Source of the DNA: Gloeobacterales cyanobacterium
GTDB taxonomy: Bacteria; Cyanobacteriota; Cyanobacteriia; Gloeobacterales; PMM-0068
Direction: 5' to 3'
Assembly (NCBI GenBank): GCA_038245785.1
Contig: JBBRSB010000006.1
Span: 64,001 to 128,000, forward strand
Length of the DNA stretch: 64,000 bases
The notes beneath the pieces are model-generated. The model did no database searches. It saw nothing but the letters and a program-made list of their open reading frames with translations, and had not been told where the DNA came from. Both the position numbers and the translations under genes were made by a program. Of the stretch, positions 59,141 through 64,000 are shown one piece after another. How positions within the stretch are numbered: the stretch's first letter is position 1; every line of letters begins with the position of its first letter.

Positions 59141-60472
59141 ATGAAACGAGGTATTATTCCGTTAACATTTTCTCTTTCCATTTTAAGCGCGATTATAATC
59201 CTGAGCAGTACAGAAACTAAAGCGGCTCAAGAAACCAAGGAAAAATTAAACAGTTATGAACTGCATCAATCTGCCCAAACAGATAGACAAAAACCATTAG
59301 AAAGCTTCAATCAAGTACCTATGCGAATTGCTCAAACGATCGAAGGGCGTGTCTATAAACAGGCTCAATCTCCGGTAAAAAGTATTTCTGCTCTTAAAGA
59401 CGTCCATTCTAATGCAGAGTATTTTCAAGAACTCAAATCTCTGATTGAGCAATATAGTATAAGTATTCATCCATTTAGTGACGAGACTTTTAGAGGCGAA
59501 TTGCCCATGACCCGAGCTGAGGCTATCGATTGGCTTGGCTCAGCTTTGGATAAAATGTACTCCATGGGAGAGTCAGCGTGCCTTGTTCTTCATCGACCAG
59601 CAGAAGTTCCAGCCCCAGCAGATATTGATCAAAAAGCATATTATTATGAGTCCTACAAGACTCTTCTGAGAGGACTTCCAGAAGCAGTTAAAGAGAAACG
59701 TTTAGTCTATGGAATCGAGAAAGAAGAAAGAAAATTCAATGGAAACAATGCTCTAACCAATGCAGATACTGCAGTAATTCTAAATCGCTATTTTCTTAGA
59801 GCTTTAGAAAGATTTTTAACCTTGCCTGTTTCATCTAATCCAGATAGAGCATTGCTGATTGCCAGTACACACTTAAGCCCTACGCACAAAGAACCTCTTC
59901 TAATTACTCAGATTGCTTCCATTTCTGAGATTACAGATGTTTCTAAGTCTGAATGGTACTATGGCGATGTTAAGGAAGTAGTAGAACGTTGGAATCTCAT
60001 TGATACACCAGATCATAAGTTTCGTCCTAATCAAGTAACTACGCGGGCAGAGTTTGTTCTAGTCTTAAGTATTGCTTTAGAGCGAGCTAAAGAATTAGTC
60101 TCTAAAGCAAATGCTCAATGTTCAGCTAAAACTCCTGCAACAGAATCAGTTGACAATTTAAAAATCTCAGTTCCTATTAGCTTTGCTTTCAAAACAGCAC
60201 AAGCCTACAGCCTATGCGTAGAAGATATTCTGCAACTCCGTCTGGACCGACAAAATTTTCAGAAAAACGGCAGAACCAGTGATTGTTTGCCAGAAGTTTT
60301 TCAAAACTACTCAGCAAAAGGACTTTCTAAAAATCAAACGCTTGAGCTACTTCAGGCAGCAAACACCTATGCAACAAAAGATCTTTCCATAAGGCTGTTT
60401 CCCCTACAAGGACAACGCTCTAGAATTCAACAGCTTTTTGGTTTTGCCTACGAGATAGATGCACCAAGGTAG
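59141..60472 (+). CDS. Exported S-layer homology domain protein
   Basis: Signal peptide; FRGELPMTRAE, FNGNNALTNAD and FRPNQVTTRAEF SLH motifs. Confidence 0.78.
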   Translation: MKRGIIPLTFSLSILSAIIILSSTETKAAQETKEKLNSYELHQSAQTDRQKPLESFNQVPMRIAQTIEGRVYKQAQSPVKSISALKDVHSNAEYFQELKSLIEQYSISIHPFSDETFRGELPMTRAEAIDWLGSALDKMYSMGESACLVLHRPAEVPAPADIDQKAYYYESYKTLLRGLPEAVKEKRLVYGIEKEERKFNGNNALTNADTAVILNRYFLRALERFLTLPVSSNPDRALLIASTHLSPTHKEPLLITQIASISEITDVSKSEWYYGDVKEVVERWNLIDTPDHKFRPNQVTTRAEFVLVLSIALERAKELVSKANAQCSAKTPATESVDNLKISVPISFAFKTAQAYSLCVEDILQLRLDRQNFQKNGRTSDCLPEVFQNYSAKGLSKNQTLELLQAANTYATKDLSIRLFPLQGQRSRIQQLFGFAYEIDAPR

Positions 60473-60732
60473 TATGACTAAAAAGTTACTTGGAACGTGG
60501 TCTCTGCAGCGATTACCTGGATGCATTACGCGTCCCTTGAGTCCTGACCGCGCTGCATGTACTCAACTACGCAACGCTTCGCTGGACCTCTTGCATAAAA
60601 CAAGATTTTAAACGTAATTATGAAAGTTTCAGCTCTTAAAATGGCATTTTTGTAGGATTTCTGTTGATCTTAGTGTTGGAGTTTTCATATAAAAGTATGG
60701 TTATTTATATGGCTTTGCGCTAATGTTGGCTT

Positions 60733-61023
60733 GTGGCAAAAACCAAATTTGACTGGGATACAGAGAAGGATGCGCTCAATCAAGAAAAGCACGGCATTTC
60801 ATTTCCCATTGCTCAGTATGCTTTTGCAGATTCACTTCGCATCATTGCAAAAGATGAATCCCATAGCCAATCTGAAGAGTGATTTTATTGTTTTGGTGAA
60901 GTTGATGGTGGCATTCTAACGGTGCGCTTTACTTATCGCGCCTCTGTTATTCGAATTATCGGCGCTGGTTACTGGCGCAAAGGAAAGGCAATCTATGAGC
61001 GCGAAAATCAAATACACAGATGA
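60733..61023 (+). pseudogene. brnT: BrnT-family toxin with an in-frame TGA at 60880
   Basis: Hand translation: VAKTKFDWDTEKDALNQEKHGISF...SHSQSEE*FYCFG...LTVRFTYR...IRIIGAGYWRKG; absent from the ORF track. Confidence 0.85.
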
Positions 61024-61252
61024 ACCTTTGGGTGATGTTAAGGTGATTGCAGATTTCTTGCCATCACCGGCTGAGCTGGCATTCAATGAAGAAGGTGTCA
61101 AAATTACACTCGTATTGAGTAAAAAAAGCATTGAGTTTTTCAAGTCTGAGGCAGCAAAAAACCGTACTCAGTATCAACGTATGATTCGACGCTTAATTGA
61201 TGCTTACGTTGACGCACACAACCCTAACCCATCATTCAAGCGCGCCCCTTAA
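60995..61252 (+). CDS. BrnA/CopG-like (RHH) antitoxin
   Basis: DFLPSPAEL, KITLVLSKKSIEFFK, YQRMIRRLIDAY; overlaps the brnT 3' end. Confidence 0.8.
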   Translation: MSAKIKYTDEPLGDVKVIADFLPSPAELAFNEEGVKITLVLSKKSIEFFKSEAAKNRTQYQRMIRRLIDAYVDAHNPNPSFKRAP

Positions 61253-61266
61253 TTTAGATATTATGC
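61222..61266 (+). mobile_element. Degenerate, internally shortened attC-like site
   Basis: CCCTAAC-CCATCATTCAAGCG-CGCCCCTTAATTTAGAT-ATTATGC; R' has A instead of G. Confidence 0.55.
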
Positions 61267-61427
61267 TTGACACTCCCCATCGAATGAAGGGTATCAGACA
61301 GGCCTCGTTTGGGAGGGACCGAGCAAGGCTGGCAATGGATGGAGTTGAAATGAGGTTAAGCCAAAAATCTAAATGATTTCCCCTGAATCCTAATTAGGAT
61401 AGAACTAGACTAGCAAGAGGCTGCACC

Positions 61428-61721
61428 ATGACTCCAAAACTCGAAGCAGCGATCGCTGCTATCCAACCGCTTTCACCGACAGAGCGCCAACAACTGCTCC
61501 AACTCCTCATCCAAAGTAATCCATCCTCAAATTCCCAAACTGACCTCAAAACGTTTAGTGACCAGTTTTGGCAAGGTACTACGCTCAATCAGCTACTCGC
61601 CAACTAAACGCCCACGACCGTTCATAACCTCAAAGATCTCGCTGCTGACTTTTGGCCCGAAGAAGACTCCATTGAGGAATTCCTCACTTTCTTGCGCCAA
61701 CAGCGCCAAGGAGTAATCTAA
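61428..61721 (+). pseudogene. Small antitoxin-like protein with an in-frame TAA at 61605
   Basis: MTPKLEAAIAAIQPLSPTERQQLL...LNQLLAN*TPTTVHNLKDLAADFWPEEDSIEEFLTFLRQQRQ; the frame continues through the stop. Confidence 0.65.
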
Positions 61722-61741
61722 AGCGTCCGGCAATTCATCGT

Positions 61742-62569
61742 CTAAATTTTGTAAATTTTTCTAATTAGATAGAAATAGATACTATCTGGTAAAATCTTGC
61801 GCAAGCTGAGAAGTAAGGGCGCGGGTTTCCCAATCAGATAGCGCATCTTATTACTGCCATCTGTGGCTGCTTTGAAAATTTCTTGCGCTACTAATTCGGG
61901 AAGTTCACCATTCTTACCTGTTTCTTGGGAAAGCTTATCTACTTTATCGACAAAGTTCTTATACATCGTCAAATCATCGCGCATGATGAATTGGCGACTA
62001 CTGCCGTAAAACTCAGTTTTGATACTGCCCGGTTCGATAATTTTGACTTTGATATTGAACGGTTCCAGCTCATAGTGCAAAGCTTCGCTAAAGCCCTCGA
62101 CGGCCCATTTGGTCCCATGATAAATACTGTACAGAGGAAAAGTGACCCGTCCTCCCATACTGGCAACTTGAATGATTATGCCTCCCCGTTGTTCGCGCAT
62201 ATGGGGAATGATCGCTCGGGTTACCCGCATCAGGCCAAATACATTGGTATCGAACTGCTTTTCGATGACTTCATCGGACATAGCTTCAAAAACTCCATCG
62301 GCTGCATAGCCTGCATTGTTAACCAAGACATCGATCTGACCAAATTCTTGGATCGCTTCCTCCAAAGCCCTCTGGATACTGTCAGAATCCGTAACATCCA
62401 GACGATAGAGCTTAATATTTGCGACAGTCCCAAGCTCTCTTTCTTGGTCAGGATTACGCATAGTCGCCGCTACATTCCAACCCTGGTTCGCAAAGTAGAG
62501 GGCCGTAAGTTTGCCAATACCGCTTGAAGTCCCAGTGATAAAGGCAGTTTTACGTTTGGTGGGACTCAT
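61742..62569 (-). CDS. Short-chain dehydrogenase/reductase
   Basis: TGTSSGIG, NNAG, YHGTK. Confidence 0.93.
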   Translation of the reverse strand: MSPTKRKTAFITGTSSGIGKLTALYFANQGWNVAATMRNPDQERELGTVANIKLYRLDVTDSDSIQRALEEAIQEFGQIDVLVNNAGYAADGVFEAMSDEVIEKQFDTNVFGLMRVTRAIIPHMREQRGGIIIQVASMGGRVTFPLYSIYHGTKWAVEGFSEALHYELEPFNIKVKIIEPGSIKTEFYGSSRQFIMRDDLTMYKNFVDKVDKLSQETGKNGELPELVAQEIFKAATDGSNKMRYLIGKPAPLLLSLRKILPDSIYFYLIRKIYKI

Positions 62570-62764
62570 TCTTGACTCGCGCGTCGTGTTGGCTCAAAAC
62601 AAGTGTAGCGGCTTGGAAAATCAAGGCTACGTCCGTAGTCATTCTGGGAGAAGCCGTTGAAGTTGCAGCTTACACCTTTCATGATTTGACCAGCCAACAA
62701 CCTCTTTTTTCTCTGTCCAAGGTCTTTGTGAAACAATGGAGTCCTAGTTTTAACAGGCAACAGG

Positions 62765-64000
62765 ATGAAGGTTTTGGTGGTGGGCAATGGTGGCAGAGAA
62801 CACACCTTGGTTTGGAAACTAGCGCAATCTGCAGACGTGGAGCGGGTATTCTGTGCGCCAGGCAATGCAGGTACAGCCCTAGAACCTAAAAGCCAGAATG
62901 TTGCGCTAGAGGTCCTTGACTTCGCAGGACTCGCTGAATTTGCCCAAAAAGAAGGGATTGACTTGACCGTGATTGGTCCGGAGGTGCCGCTGTGTAGGGG
63001 CATTGTGGACTACTTTCAAGAGCGCGGACTCCTCGCTTTTGGCCCTAACCAAGCAGGAGCCCAGATTGAAGGTTCTAAATCTTGGGCTAAAGAATTCATG
63101 GTCCAAGCAGGAATCCCTACGGCTAAGTCCCGAACCTTTACAGACTTTGAATCCGCAAAAAGCTACATCCAACTTCGTTTAACCCAGGTGCGCAAACTGG
63201 TGATCAAAGCGGATGGGCTCGCAGCCGGGAAGGGCGTAGTAATTGTGAAAGACCTTGCTGAAGCCTTGAGTGCTCTGGAGTCTATGTTCCAGGGCTTATT
63301 TGGCAGTGCGGGATCTGTCGTCGTCATTGAAGAATTCCTAGAAGGTCAAGAAGCTTCTGTTCTGGCCCTTTGTGATGGAAAAACCATTGTTCCTCTACTA
63401 GCAGCCCAAGACCACAAAACTATTGGCGAAGGCGACCAGGGACCGAACACAGGGGGCATGGGAGCGTATTGCCCTGCTCCTGTGGTCACAGCGAAAACGC
63501 TTGCCTTTACGCAAGAAGAAGTTCTAAACCGGGCTTTGGCAGAATTCCAACGTCGAGGAATCGATTACCGAGGCATTCTCTACGCAGGTCTTATGGTTCA
63601 TCCAGATGAAACTGTCGCTGTTGTGGAGTTCAACTGCCGTTTTGGCGACCCAGAAACACAGGTAGTGCTTCCCTTATTAGCGAATCCGTTGGAACAAGTC
63701 TTAATCGCTACGGCTAAGGGGCAACTTCAGTCCGTTCCGTTGCAATGGCATCCAGATTCTGCCGTTTGCGTGGTTATAGCCGCAGGAGGTTATCCCGGAC
63801 CCTACTGCCAGGGCAAAGAAATTACAGGTTTAGCCGCTCAAGTTGCAGAAACGGTAGTTTTCCATGCGGGAACAGAAGAACGAGATGAGCGCATTCTTAC
63901 GAAAGGAGGACGAGTTCTAGGCGTGACCGCCACCGCTCCGACCCTAAAGGAAGCCGTAGACCGTGCCTACCAGCGTTGTAGTTTTATCCAATTTGAGGAG
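62765..64000 (+). CDS. purD: Phosphoribosylamine--glycine ligase, runs off the window end
   Basis: Hand translation: MKVLVVGNGGREH, APGNAG, GPEVPL, IEGSK, KADGLAAGKGV, GPNTGGMG, EFNCRFGDPE. Confidence 0.95.
   Translation, partial: MKVLVVGNGGREHTLVWKLAQSADVERVFCAPGNAGTALEPKSQNVALEVLDFAGLAEFAQKEGIDLTVIGPEVPLCRGIVDYFQERGLLAFGPNQAGAQIEGSKSWAKEFMVQAGIPTAKSRTFTDFESAKSYIQLRLTQVRKLVIKADGLAAGKGVVIVKDLAEALSALESMFQGLFGSAGSVVVIEEFLEGQEASVLALCDGKTIVPLLAAQDHKTIGEGDQGPNTGGMGAYCPAPVVTAKTLAFTQEEVLNRALAEFQRRGIDYRGILYAGLMVHPDETVAVVEFNCRFGDPETQVVLPLLANPLEQVLIATAKGQLQSVPLQWHPDSAVCVVIAAGGYPGPYCQGKEITGLAAQVAETVVFHAGTEERDERILTKGGRVLGVTATAPTLKEAVDRAYQRCSFIQFEE

Noticed and set aside
61267..61365. TTGACACTCCCC as an IS200/IS605-type end and GTTAAGC as another attC core
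   Set aside because: No complete hairpin, matching R'' or transposase remnant visible
62566..63182. ORFs listed around 62.6-63.2 kb
   Set aside because: Shadows of purD, which the track omits because it has no stop inside the window

Overview
A 64-kb chromosomal window from a cyanobacterium (psbA, ndhB, ebsA, cyanoexosortase A). The D1 motif PPVDMDG, an archaeal-type DPSL and the scarcity of HIP1 octamers suggest an early-branching, Gloeobacterales-like lineage; this is inference only. Most of the window is housekeeping: tRNA-Trp-secE-nusG, ilvN, rpsO, leuD, rph, an RNase II/R gene, dnaK, ispF, gmd-fcl, ftsQ-ftsZ-ddl, ndhB, aguAB and purD. Five accessory features stand out. (1) An integrase-less array of three integron-type gene cassettes with attC sites at 35.75-37.94 kb, preceded by a repeat-rich, attI-like region. 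(2) An EACC1 plus caspase conflict module whose caspase carries about seven tandem 57-aa helical repeats and a transmembrane helix, followed by decaying toxin-antitoxin genes with another attC remnant (55.6-61.7 kb). (3) A DPSL-Rieske operon divergent from an NTRC-type reductase, with a perfect NtcA-type palindrome between them. (4) A psbA copy that keeps all Mn ligands but has a frameshift and an in-frame stop. (5) A cyanoexosortase A locus with its own PEP-CTERM-like substrate. Several single-base lesions could be real decay or assembly error. All family assignments come from motif recognition by eye; no searches were run.
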